NCBI RefSeq assembly: GCF_009914755.1
Contig: NC_060931.1
Origin: the human T2T-CHM13v2.0 reference genome, Homo sapiens
Direction: 5' to 3' (one strand)
Length of the DNA: 64,000 nt
Shown: in pieces, positions 1-12,295 of the stretch
Numbering within the stretch: position 1 is the first letter of the stretch
Layout of the letters: each line of letters starts with the position of its first letter
The notes under the pieces: generated by a model
Told to the model about the DNA's origin: nothing
Databases searched by the model: none
What the model saw: the letters and a program-made list of their open reading frames with translations, nothing else
Made by a program: the position numbers and the translations under genes

Positions 1-332
1 ATCACAATGAAACATATTTATAGTCATGCTTGAACAGATTAGGTTAGTAGCATGCATTCCATTCTGCAATATGAATATTGTTAATCTATTTCCCAACAAA
101 AGTCAAAAGATGCCCAGTGCATAGAAAAATACAAATCACTGTAGTCAATATATTACGGGACTGATCTTGGGACTTACATGGTGATGATGAAGTCCTGAAA
201 TGCCATGCCCACAAAAGCACATTAAAAAGTGGATAAACATATTTTATCAGACAATCTCTAAAAATTAAAGATGAGAGCTTTAAATTTGGGGATGTTCTTG
301 CTGTGTGCTTTGAACAGGGCCTTTCTGCTCAC

Positions 333-515
333 CTCCTTCTGGCTTGACTGGTCCATCAGACATCACCTTCCTGAGGGCTAGCTGGCTTTGGTCTTGGTTG
401 CCATTGGCTGGTGGAGGCAGATTATCAGACTGAGTTCTTTGAATGGGGAGGACTCCTGCTATGCTGTGTCTGTGCTGCTTCCTGGCATGATTAGACTGAC
501 CGCTTTTATGTGCTG
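333..515 (-). CDS. PCLO: In-frame 183-nt PCLO cassette exon: (T)[60 protein letters not shown]
   Basis: ttccatttcacccacactgccacag|CAG acceptor, GAG|gtgagc donor, 61 codons, no stop, phase 1-1 matching the 1715 donor; GC-richer than its flanks. Confidence 0.82.
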
Positions 516-1581
516 CTGTGGCAGTGTGGGTGAAATGGAAACCCAGAGTATGTATCCTCAGATGGAACCAGCTTAAATGTTATTCATGCAAACAGAAGTG
601 CTCTTTTGCTCTATTTAAATAGGTTGTGTTTTCAAATGCCAAAATGACACCACATGCACAGCACTAAAGGGGTTTAAAACTGGCTGTTTCTTTGAAAATG
701 ATGACTAGGGAGATGGAGAGAACAATGATCTATCTCCATTGCCTGGCTAATGCCTTTTAGAAGTAACAGGGTACCTACATTTGTGAAATATTTGCACATA
801 TTAAGTTTTTATATAATTATATCAATCGACTAAATTTTCACAAATGAAATGAAAATACAGCAGTTAAGATAGGTCAATTGTTATACTTTGATTGACTTAT
901 AGCTACCAGACATAGTATATCTTGATTTCCAATGGTTAGAAAAAATATCTGTAAAATCTGTCATCACATACAAAGTGTGATCCAACAGAATGGACCCAAT
1001 TGTGCTCCTCAGTGAGGTTGCATTGCCTTATCACATATGCTTATACATATATTAATTTAATGTAGTTTTTTGAGAATGTAAGAAATAAGATTTTCTTCAC
1101 AGATTTTTCAGAAGACTACAATTTTTTGCACATGGAAAGCTACCATATTTCAGAAGCAAAATTTGTTAGTGTTTTAAAGCACTGTCTTGAAATGGCTTTT
1201 CCTCCAAGGTTCTAGAAGTTGACTGTTGGTTGCATTATCTTCTGCCTAGACTTTTTGAGTGTTTTCAGATACAAGAATCTAATTGCAAATCTGCTCTAAA
1301 TACTTATATGTGTGCACTTTTTTTTTTTTGGTATAAGTCCTGGAAAACTGGCAGCCACTTGTGCTTATAATTTCTGTATTCTAAAAGATATTTAAGCGCA
1401 AACAAAAAGGACACACAACATTGCTTTGCTTCCAAACATCACAGACACTGTATCAAATGCTATGAGCCAGGTTGGATGGATGGTGGAAACAAAGGAGAAA
1501 CAGCCAGTTTTATTTCAGTCTATGTAAATAAAAAAAATCTAAATAAGAAAGAGCATATTAATGTATTTATATCGTTCTTAC

Positions 1582-1626
1582 ACAGACAAAGGGACAGAGA
1601 ACAGGGTGAGCAGAGGATGTTGAAAA
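1582..1626 (-). CDS. PCLO: Candidate 45-nt PCLO microexon: (I)FNILCSPCSLSLCL
   Basis: About 45-nt pyrimidine tract + tttgctttcag| acceptor, TGT|gtaaga donor, phase 1-1, open frame; no transcript evidence available to me. Confidence 0.35.
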
Positions 1627-1698
1627 CTGAAAGCAAACAGGAAAGGACAGCAGGAAAGAAAGGCAACAGATGAACATTAAGCTGCCATGCTGAGGAAT

Positions 1699-1910
1699 TT
1701 ATTTGCGTCTTTTACTTGGTTGAATGCGGAGTTGTTGCACGGCAGCTTCGGCAGCAGCTATGGCAGCCCCTGCATCTTCCAGGTGGGTCTGAGTGACGCT
1801 GGTTTTGCTTTGACTGCGAGATGGTCCATGAGAACGGAGATGGCCTTCTGATGATGATTTTGAGCTACCAGGACTACTATGGGATTTCTCAATGGTGGGA
1901 ACCTGCATGT
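1699..1910 (-). CDS. PCLO: PCLO composite exon: terminal coding exon of the short isoform (DMQVPTIEK...[12 protein letters not shown]); 1716-1910 when the internal donor is used for the long isoform
   Basis: ccag|AC ATG acceptor; TAA at 1699-1701; internal CCAA|gtaaaa donor at 1715. Confidence 0.95.
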
Positions 1911-3456
1911 CTGGTCACAAAAGGGTAAAACATGAGTTAAAGTTGTTCCAGCATTCCTCCTATCAAGCTTGGTTTACACATAATTTGAAACTGCCTAAAA
2001 TTTATGTTAATTCTGAGTCTTATATGATTCATTTATGCAACTGGTCATCATACAGAATGATGATTAAACATCTGGGAAACAATTTGGGGGAGGAAAGGCA
2101 AAAGGATGATAGCAATGAGAAGAGAGAACTTTGAAAAAAGAAATACATTCTGACTAGCTTCTAGTAATAAATATGTTAACTTTTAGTTTCACCAAGCACC
2201 TCTGCTAATTCCAGCAGAGGTCAGGTAGGAGACAATACACAGGAGGAGTTTTAAGCAAAAACAGGATGAAGGATGTGAATCACTAGGACATATTAAGTGT
2301 GGAGATTGTAGAATCATGCCTCAAACCATTGTAGAGAATGTATGGATCACGTATTTCCTAAGGCAGTCATAGAAAGAGATCTTTATACTAATGATCATGC
2401 AGTATGTTAAGCAAGATAAGAGTTGAGATGGCTAAGTGGAACCCATAAATGATCTATAAAACTCATTCATAAATAATCTACAAAACTCGTAGTCAGCAGT
2501 TTATGATATCAACTCAGTGGCCTACTGGACATGGACTCACTTTCTCATCTCCTAGAACACTTGCATTTATGATTCAGAGAATCTCATGTACAAAGAACCA
2601 CTTTACAATTTGCTGGACTTTCCTAGAAAAGGTGACAAGGAAGTAATACTCAAGTCCAATATAAAAATTATATTTAATACTTACAAATAGTTCAGTATAT
2701 CTAGGTAAGGTACCACATGTTTTATCCCACAGAGGCAGTAGCTCAGTTTATGATGAGGATTAATGTTGTGTTGTAGGACAGTTGGTTATGAACCTCTCAA
2801 AGGAAAAGCTCATTTGAATGAGAGTGCTGTACATATTTGCATATTGCCAAACCCAATGTATGGCACTGTTATTTAAAAAATAATAATAGTTATTAAAAAA
2901 TTAGCTTGAGTCCAACATTTAGGAAAGACTTAAGTAAATTTCAGCATACCAATTGTTTTGATGACAGGGGAAAATATTCTTTGTATGATAAATAAAAAGT
3001 AGCATGCAAAATTATATTTATTGGGTAAGACAATATTTATGGACAACCAGAGATTCAAACAATTAGAAGGATTATAACTTAATGATAATGATGATTATGT
3101 CTAGTCAATGAACTCGTAGGGATTTTTGTATTATCTTTATGAAATACCCAAATGCATTTTCTGAAATCATGTTATCATGGATTTTGAGGTGGAATAGACC
3201 AAATAGCTCATTTTACATGTTGAAATTGGACAGTTAGAGAAGTGAAGATTACAAAGTACTACACCTAAGTATGGGTGATGATCTGAGAATAAAGCCCATT
3301 TCTCCTGATTCCACTCTTTGCATGACATTATATTAAGTATTTTCCAGTCGTGTCTAATCTATTAATATAGGTTAAATGTACAAACATTCACACTAAGAAG
3401 ATACAGACTGAACAAATAGACACAAAACTTTTTCTACTTAAAAAAATATTTCCTAC

Positions 3457-3637
3457 CCTTTGATGGGTCAGGGAAGATACCATGGCTTCTGCTTTTGATA
3501 ACAGATGGCTTTGGGGACTGCTGGCTGCTCTGACTGGAATGAGACTTGCCATGATCAATGCTTTCAGTCTGTTCTTTGAGAGGATACCACCTTGGAGTGT
3601 TATCGAGGTGAGATGTGCTAGATAAATCAATCAATAC
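3457..3637 (-). CDS. PCLO: PCLO exon, end of C2A + Ser-rich linker: [23 protein letters not shown]...GIFPDPSK(D)
   Basis: ttcag|GTA acceptor, AGG|gtagga donor, 181 nt. Confidence 0.96.
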
Positions 3638-3904
3638 CTGAAAAAAAGTGTAACAAATAAATGAAATTTAGGGACTAAAGTATAATTGATTCATTACTTT
3701 TTCTATGTTCTAAAATTTATTCAAGGATATAAACCAAGGAATACAGTATAACTTTTGAGGATGATGATTCTTTCTTCCTCAGTTTTCTTCACCAATGATA
3801 CTGGAAACAATGTCTTTTACATACTAGATGCTTAATAAATGTTTGCTTGAACTGAACTGTATAAAATTTTTGACTATTAACTAAATTATTTGGATATGAT
3901 GTTA

Positions 3905-4309
<405 letters not shown>

Positions 4310-4825
4310 TTATTTATTCTATTTTAAAACATACTTTAGTTCACATTTGAAATAGGGATATGACTACCACATTTTGTCATGGTTTAATTGGCAACTTTTT
4401 TTTTCTTAGTACATTGGTGCATTTTACAGTTGCTGACATCTTAGATATGATGAGCTAAAAAGAAATGAAAACCAGACCAATGGATATATGCTTTAGGCTC
4501 ATGTAAACATAAGACCATAAATTAGAAGGACTTCAGTAAGTCACTTTTTTGAAATGAAACATAAAGTCAGGCATAATACTAATCTAGAGTACTCCTGCCT
4601 AGGATCAAGATTAGTCCAAGTGGCTAGAGCTGGATGGAACTGGAAGGTAAGGGTCAAATGCTCCAGTTTTGGTGAAAAGAGATGTGCAAAGTCTTAAGAA
4701 CCAAACAAGTCCTCATTATCACCTTGATTACACAAAAGGATGTCGTATTTTGTAGGTTTTGGATTTTTTGGAGATTATTTTTAACATTAATTCATAACTT
4801 CTGCCCTAAGCAGAACACTAAACAA

Positions 4826-5181
4826 TGTGTATGTGTGTATATATATTATATATATTATACATAATATGTATAGTATATATACATTGTATATATAACGTGT
4901 ATATATACATTATATATACACTGTAGACATACAATTGTATACACTGTATAGTATATATTATACATTGTATATAGACATATATACATTGTATATACACATG
5001 ATATATACAATATATAAAATATATGTATATACAATGTATAATATACGTATATATAACATATAATGTAAATGTGTATATATATACACAATGTGTACATATC
5101 TACATTATACATATAATATTCCTATATATAAACAATATGTGTATATATTATGTTCATATATATAAACAATGTATATATATA
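4826..5181. repeat. Degenerate (TA/TACA)n low-complexity tandem repeat
   Basis: Recurring tatatacattgtata-like units. Confidence 0.9.
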
Positions 5182-5227
5182 ATAGATTAAAAATCACAAG
5201 ATCTGTTCACGCTACCAATTTCATGAT

Positions 5228-5312
5228 TATTTGTTTATTTTTAAATTTTTACAAGTACATAGTAAGTGTATATATTTATGGGGTATATGAGATATTCTGA
5301 TACAGGCATACA
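5228..5312 (-). mobile_element. Short L1 (L1MA-type) 3'-end fragment
   Basis: Reverse complement of tgtatgcctgtatca..atatctcat.taccccataaatatatacac. Confidence 0.7.
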
Positions 5313-5809
5313 ATTAGGTTATTTTGATTCCTTGATGTTAATGTAAAAATTGTTTTTATTGTTTTCTCCTACTTGTAGTTTTGCTTCTTAAAATGTTTTC
5401 AGTGATTTTTCTCAGAATACTTAATTATAAATAACAATGCAATCAATATGTCACATCAAATCAATTAAAGAACCTGTAAATGCATTTTTAAAAGTCCAGG
5501 CCATTTTATAATATAATAAATTTGTTACTTCAAATCTCATTTGGACTCACAGTATGATTACATATCTTCCTATTGAAAGAAAATTTCATCTTAGAAATTA
5601 ATTATAAAGTACATCAAGTGATAGAGTGAAAACCATTTCTTGAATTGGTATTAATCTACTCAAATAGTAAATCAGGAAATAAATTCTATCTGCCAGAAGA
5701 TTTTTTTCAGAAACGGCTATCTTATAAACTTCAGAAACATGCTTTGCATCGTGCTTTAATTGGTGGTTTACCATAGCAGCAAATAAGGGAAAGGAAGTCA
5801 GAGGCTTAC

Positions 5810-5881
5810 CTCCCCAAGGAAGTCGTTGGATGAAAATCTATCATAATCCCAAACTGTCACCTCCAGTGTTTTCTTCTTGAG
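5810..5881 (-). CDS. PCLO: PCLO exon, C2A Ca2+-binding loop 3: LKKKTLEVTVWDYDRFSSNDFLGE
   Basis: atag|CTC acceptor, GAG|gtaagc donor, 72 nt; WDYDRFSSNDFLGE retains the loop-3 aspartates. Confidence 0.97.
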
Positions 5882-7093
5882 CTATATAGTTCAAATAGAA
5901 ATCTAATTAAACCTATCTTTCCATCATACATTTTCATTACACACATACAGTAGACATATTTATTTTTTTCCTTAAACTCCTTCCATTTATGTGAAAATAC
6001 TTAAAATTTTACCGAAAACTATGTAGTTTAAATATTAAATATTATGTAAAATTTGAATGATTTTGCACTCTAAACTAGTGTTTGATCATGGGGAACATTA
6101 TTATTTTGTGAATAAAATGATAATTCTTACTTATTTATTGTATCCCCACCTCATTTTCAAAAATAGAAATCAGAATTTATAAATACTCTAAATATAAGAA
6201 ATTCATAGATTGCAAAAATGTCTAGTATTATCTAGATGAAGTATTGGATTAAATGTTTCAGCAATTTCCAAAAAACTTAGTAGCATTGCCTTATTTCTGC
6301 AGGTGAGTTTATTTTAAATTCACAAACCCAGATTATAATTTATATCCAGCTTCATCTTTGTAATGAAATTAATCTACTAGAAGACAAATTAAGAATCTCA
6401 TTTTGAAAGACAGTTCACTTGTAAATTGGTTTATGTGGGAACTGTCTTTATAGTTTTCTCTCTGAATTCAACCTTATACATTTCAGTTATTGTCTGTTAA
6501 GCAAAGATATAAAAATGCAGATTTTCAGAAATATAATAATGTAATTTTTGCCTACAGTTACTTATCTCTGGTGATAATCCTTTATACTAGTCATCATTTT
6601 GCCTTCTTCTGTAGAGATTAGCACCACAATGCCAGATTCTTAGGAGGCCTCAATTTAGCAAAGAGATGAGATCCTAAAATATTGTCTAGTGGAGTAATAC
6701 AGTTCTATGCACTGAATCTTATTTTTTTTGTGTATTGTGTATGAAAGTCAAAATATAGCCAGTTGGAAAATGTGTTTCTCTCTCAAATATGATAAATGTG
6801 GCTTAGTCTATTAAAAATTTTAAATTCTGAAATAACAAATGGAAAATATTCCACTAGTTTTCTTATTTTATTTGTTTATGTTTTGGCTGCTTTGTCAAAA
6901 TGTGCACATTTACTTTCACCCTGTGCTTAAATGTCACTCATTTTTTTCCATTGGCTACATTTCTTACATGTATTTTACTCAACTTTTTTTGTTTGATTGG
7001 CAAAATGTATACAGATCCCAATTTTTGAATAATTGTGTTATCACTGTACTTATATTAGCCTAATTCTGTCACCTAGAAATAATCTTGACATAC

Positions 7094-7187
7094 CTGTTCC
7101 ATGGAAATACTTTTATAAATTACTGTTTGATTCCACTCAGGATTAAGACTTTTCTGGACATGTTTAGTCCTTCTCTTGTACTCAGCA
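7094..7187 (-). CDS. PCLO: PCLO exon, C2A: [31 protein letters not shown]
   Basis: ttcag|T acceptor, CAG|gtatgt donor, 94 nt; C2 motif TK...LNPEWNQT. Confidence 0.96.
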
Positions 7188-8544
7188 CTGAATTGGGAGA
7201 AAAGAAAGAGTTATCTTGATTATTCACCTTAGTTTATGACTTCACAGTTAAACTAAAGGACATGCAGACTATTCAAGATATTTTATTTCAAATCACTATA
7301 TAATTATCTCATCATCCTCATGTCTTAAACCTTAGTTTAAGTTGAATGCACAGTGACAATTTAAAAATATGTTGGATGCTTGTAGTTTTCTTTGCCCTTA
7401 TGATTTTTTTTTAAAGAAATGCTTGTAGGTGTTCTAAATATACTATAATTTCAGAAATCTTGCTCATTCCTGAATGTAGGAGATAATTACATGAACTAAA
7501 TAGTAACATCAATGTTACTGCCCCATAAACAATAATTTGGTGTTTAACCTTACTATAGTTTTGTACATACGGAAAAGCAAAACTAAAACATTGTAATGAG
7601 TGTACTGAGAAAAAGATGAAGAATGGCTGTTGCTGTGGCTCACATTCCATAAACACTTGTTACTGATATCTAAAGTATATTCCAACACTCTTGGTAAAGT
7701 ATATTTAATGCAGTTATAAAGCAATTTTAATTAAATATAAATTTTTGGTTTATGTCAATATGCTATTTTACAATTGATGAACCAAATAAAAATCTTTCCT
7801 CAATTATTAGAACTTGGGACATCTGCATTAATCCTTGACTTTCCATTTCCTCTGAGCACCAATTAGAAGCTTATATGCTACACATTTAAAAACAATTTAT
7901 TTTCAAAGCCTATCCTAATGAAGTCTGGCAGAACATCTATAGCTGGCACCAACCTGCTGATGGGGTTGAAATTAGATTACTGTTACTTGCTATTACCAAA
8001 TGGTGCCCACACAGACAAGGCCTTTCTCTAACTCTCACTGCTTTTTTCTGAATTTTCTGCCCAAGCTTATGTCTCACGTTCTAAATAATACTTCATCTGT
8101 GGTGGGCACTAGAGTCCTGTAAACCAACCTCTCTGTCTGGGGGTCTTGACATGTGTCTGGATTTCACAAGTTGCCTTTCCCTAAAAGGGGGCTGGACCCT
8201 GACTCTTGTAATCTGTAGTTCTATTCCAAACTATAGCCAGACTAACTCTTGCTACATTCCTGGTCTCAAGTATTGCCATATCCTGGATGCCTAGAAATTT
8301 TCCCCAGCCACTAATTTACCTATACATTGTAGAGAAAGCTATTGAGGATCAAACTCCAGCTCACCACTCACTTTTAAAGATGGGCCTGCAGGCAAGTACT
8401 TTCCCTGTATCTCTGATTTTATTTTCTTACCAGTCAGATACAAGGGAAATAACGCTCAACATTGACTGCATAATGGGATCACCTGAGTTCTGGTGGTGGG
8501 AGGTGGGTCAGTCAACCCTCCACCCACTTCCCTCTTGCCCCTGC

Positions 8545-8657
8545 TTACTCCCCGAAGGAAAGTCTGACTTGATTAGTCTGGGATGAGGCTTGAGTATTAG
8601 GATTTTTGAAGGCTCGCAGGTGAATCTAATATGTAGCGAAGATTAAGAAGCACCGAG
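8545..8657. mobile_element. MER5-family (hAT-Charlie) fragment
   Basis: tctgacttgattagtctgggatgaggc...caggtgaatctaatatgtagc..gattaagaagcac. Confidence 0.6.
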
Positions 8658-8889
8658 TTGGTGTTTCATAACACTTCACAAGTCAGCCATTGTGAGCTGA
8701 ATCCAACTGAAGAAATAAAGCAGCATTCCTCGCACTTCAACCTATTTGAATGTACACAATTAAGGGCAGAATTTGACAGCTGTCACTCAAGATAAATTAC
8801 AAAGAATTTTAGGGAAATATACAGACAATGATTTAAAGAAAGAGGAGCTCTCATAGACTATGGATAGGAAGTTTCTATATATACTTTTT

Positions 8890-9510
8890 AGATAAATTTG
8901 TCAATATCTAGTGAAGTTTAAGTTTATATACCCAAACATCCAAATATTCAATTTCTACTAATTCCACTTCTGCCATAGAGAAATTCTCCTACCTGTGAAC
9001 AAGAAATTTGTTCAAGAACATTAATTGCAACATTATTTCAATAGTAAGCCAATAGAAGAACGAATAAATACATTGTGATATATTCATTTCAATGAAATAG
9101 TAAGTGGCACTGAAAATCAATTAAATTTTAAAAGCCTCCATATGTCAAGATAGATACATCTTGAAAAAAGTTTTGATCAAAAACTTAATATGGTATGGTA
9201 TAATGGTATAAACATAAAATCATGTGAAATAAGGTTACACATTATATATACATGTATATATGACATACATATATATTAATATCGTAAGAAAACTTGTAAA
9301 TTATGAATATTAAATTCAATTTAGTGAGTTTTTTAATGGATAGGGAAGTGATTTCAGAGGGCTTCAGGGTATTATCTTTTAAAAAATCTAAAACAAATAT
9401 AGCAAAATCTTAAAATTTGACAAAATTGGATAGCAAGCACACAGGTATTTGTTAGGGTATTTTCTATAATTTTTAGTAAACTTGAAATATTTTATAATGA
9501 AAAATTCAAA
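8890..9510 (+). mobile_element. Old L1 (L1ME-type) 3' fragment
   Basis: Degenerate attccacttct..agagaaattctc..attgcaacattattt.aatag motifs. Confidence 0.55.
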
Positions 9511-10279
9511 AATTTTTAGTAAGATATGTTCCTTTAAATTTAGTTTTGGATTCTTTTTTTGATGGTGACTTAGAACTAATGACTTAATTTGATGGTGATA
9601 GAATTAGTGTCTACAAAAAAGTGTCTACATAGAAATAATACATATAAATTAATACATAGAAAGAGTTAATAACTTTAATTTGATAGTGACATAGAAAGAA
9701 TTAGTGACGACTTTTAAGTTAATAGTAAACTTGGATTGCTACTTTAGAATCATGGCTATTCTCATAGGTGAATATACATAGGAAACAAACACATGGTAGT
9801 ATGAGTTTTAAAGCCTCTGTTTTGGACTTACTTATCAAGGTGGTGAGGTTATGGAAACCATATTAAGATTTATAATACACTGAACAGTAATAAAATTATG
9901 TTTTTTAAGTTCTAAAAAATACATAATTTGTTTAACAAGATGGGAATTAATATCAAATGCAAACCCATGTACTATCACTAAAATTCTGGGTCTGCCAATA
10001 CATATTAAAATAGTCTGAAGTAGTATTAAAATACCTTTGAAGGGATTTATCAGTCACTATCTTTTCTTAATCCATACATGTGAATAATTGTTATTCAAAT
10101 TTTTCAAATCCACATTTAGTCTTTTTTTCACTTATACACCTAGCAAAAATTAGTGAATGCCAACTCTGTATCAGGAATTGTAGATGTCTATCAACTAAAA
10201 AACCCTTAATTGTATTGACATATGAGTATATATTTAATTCATGCATGAAAAGCATTTTTAAAAGTAAGCATATTAAAAT

Positions 10280-10510
10280 CATAACTAACATTTATTAAAT
10301 GCCTCCTTTTTCCTCTGGTAAAGTTCTAAGTGCTTTTCATGTGTTAACTCATGTAATACTCATATTAACCCCATTATACAGGTATTACTTCTTACTCCAT
10401 TTTATAGGTGAGAAAACTTGAAGCTCAGAAAAATTAAGGCGTATTGTCAAAGTTGCATAGTTATTAACTGGACCAGGATCCAAACATAGGTAATTTGATT
10501 TCTTGCTTTT
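10280..10510 (-). mobile_element. MIR
   Basis: ctaagtgcttt...ccattttataggtgagaaaacttgaagctcaga core. Confidence 0.8.
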
Positions 10511-11479
10511 AAATAAATGTTATATGAACTCAATTGATTAGGCCCATCATAAAATGTGACATCCATCTATTTTCTTAATTGCAGGCTTCACTACCTGAAG
10601 TATCTAGTTTGTCTTCTTTATAATCTAAAATTCTCCATCTCAATTTAAATACATAATTTTTATACATATAATATAAATTATGTATAATGTGTGTAGACAC
10701 GCATTATAAACATCGTGAACAAGTTAGGCCTTCTTTAGAGTTGCCTAGGGAAATTCTGAATAGTACATCCGAAGTGAGTGTTGTGGAACAATTACGCCTA
10801 CTTATTGTAAATACTGATGTTTGGCCAGATACATTTAGAAATAACCTAAACTGATTGGACAAAAGTTAAAATGTTCATTTTAATAGAGTATCTTAATCAT
10901 AGTAATGAGTTTGATTCTCCAATTCTCTCCAGACCTAAAACATCCTTTAGAATTAATGAAAGTAAAAACAGCTTGCTCCTAAACACCAATGAAAGCCTTT
11001 GCAGTATTTTTTGCCCTTGCATTTCCTGACATGCAGAGCTGGTCACACAAAGCCATTCTTCAATAACAGTTGTTTTATAACTACCATGCTCTGATCATAT
11101 CATACACAATTTCAATGAACTGTGTTGCCACCTAACACAATTTAAAACTCTACACAAAATAGTCATATCAAAATCTGTGGAGTTGAAGGTAGGCAGGGAA
11201 ACAGGGGGATTCTTAAATGTGAGCATAAAGTCAGGCTGAGAAATAAGTGGAGTTCATCCTCCCTTTCCTTTCTTGTCTAGTAAACACACTATATTCTCTT
11301 GTGGGAAGATTACATTAATGATTTAACATTAGGACAATTAGGACAATTATATCTAATAATTAAAGAAGTTTATTAATAAGGGAAAATAAAAAGGTCAATA
11401 CATAAAGATGGGACATGGTGCTTATCAAAAAATATCTAAAACTTCACCCTCTTGAAGTTTTGCCTTGTTTGTTGGTTTG

Positions 11480-11743
11480 ATTATTTATTTTTTGAGATGG
11501 AGTCTTGCTCTGTTGCTCAGGCTGGAGTGCAGTGCAATCTCGGCTCACTACAAGCTCTGCCTCCTGGGTTCACGCCATTCTCCTGCCTCAGCCTCCTGAG
11601 TAGCTGGGACTACAGACACCCACCACCATGCCCGGCTAATTTTTTTTGTATTTTTAGTAGAGACGGGGTTTCACCATGTTAGCCCGGATGGTCTTGATCT
11701 CCTGACCCCATGAACCACCCTCCTTGGGCTCCCAAAGTGCTGG
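11480..11743 (-). mobile_element. Alu (AluY/Sc-like), about 30 nt missing at the 5' end
   Basis: caagctctgcctcctgggttcacgccattc; gttagcc.ggatggtc. Confidence 0.93.
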
Positions 11744-12019
11744 TGGTTTATTTTTTTATTTGTTTTTATTGGTCATTTTGTCATGCATAGGTATATATAC
11801 TTTTAAGGCTGTCTGAAAAAATTTTTGAAATTCAATTATTCTACTCAAGACCAGCAGGAAAACAGTTTCCATGTACATATTTTTTAATTTCAAAAGAAAA
11901 ACTGAGAAAAGATAATGAAATTTGAAGGCTTCTTTGGTGTATCTACTTTCATAAAATTATCTAAAACATTGAAAGTATTCATTTTTAATGATTTATCTGG
12001 TTTTCCTTTACTAAACTTA

Positions 12020-12021
<2 letters not shown>

Positions 12022-12065
<44 letters not shown>
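12022..12065. repeat. (AC)22 microsatellite
   Basis: Perfect dinucleotide run. Confidence 0.97.
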
Positions 12066-12069
<4 letters not shown>

Positions 12070-12204
12070 TTCAAAATTACTCCTCTGAGGTTATTTCTCT
12101 TAATTTAGAAAAAATACAACTTGCATCCCATTTTGTAAGCTCTGTTTAATAGTGCGATGGTGTGCTTATTGTCTATCATTTTATTTTCCTCTTTGCTCTC
12201 TGAT

Positions 12205-12295
12205 GGCAGAGACTATATGGCTACATTGTCAATTGTAACCCCTGCACCTGGCACAGTGTCTGACACATAGTCTGTGCTAAGTAAATATTCAGTGA
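12205..12295 (+). mobile_element. L2 3'-end fragment
   Basis: cacctggcacagtgtctgacacatagt..gtgctaagtaaatattc. Confidence 0.55.

Larger units (their letters stand above)
1..1698 (-). other. PCLO: 3'UTR of short PCLO isoform / intron of long isoform; poly(A) hexamers AATAAA 1698-1703, AATAAA 1509-1514, ATTAAA 1056-1061
   Basis: Follows the stop codon; no interspersed repeats seen; the true 3' end may lie beyond the window. Confidence 0.7.

Noticed and set aside
361-369. Internal donor-like AAG|GTGATG in the hidden exon
   Set aside because: Would give a phase-0 end and a frameshift; the 332 donor is closer to consensus and keeps the frame
388-576. 62-aa plus-strand ORF
   Set aside because: Antisense shadow of the minus-strand hidden exon; non-ATG start and no recognisable product
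3434-3456. Read-through tail GRKYFFK* in the ORF track
   Set aside because: Intronic continuation past a canonical donor; no support for a terminal exon
4855-5112. Tyr/Ile-rich 85-aa ORF; regularly repeated units
   Set aside because: Translation of a TA microsatellite; no repeat-spacer structure, so not CRISPR-like
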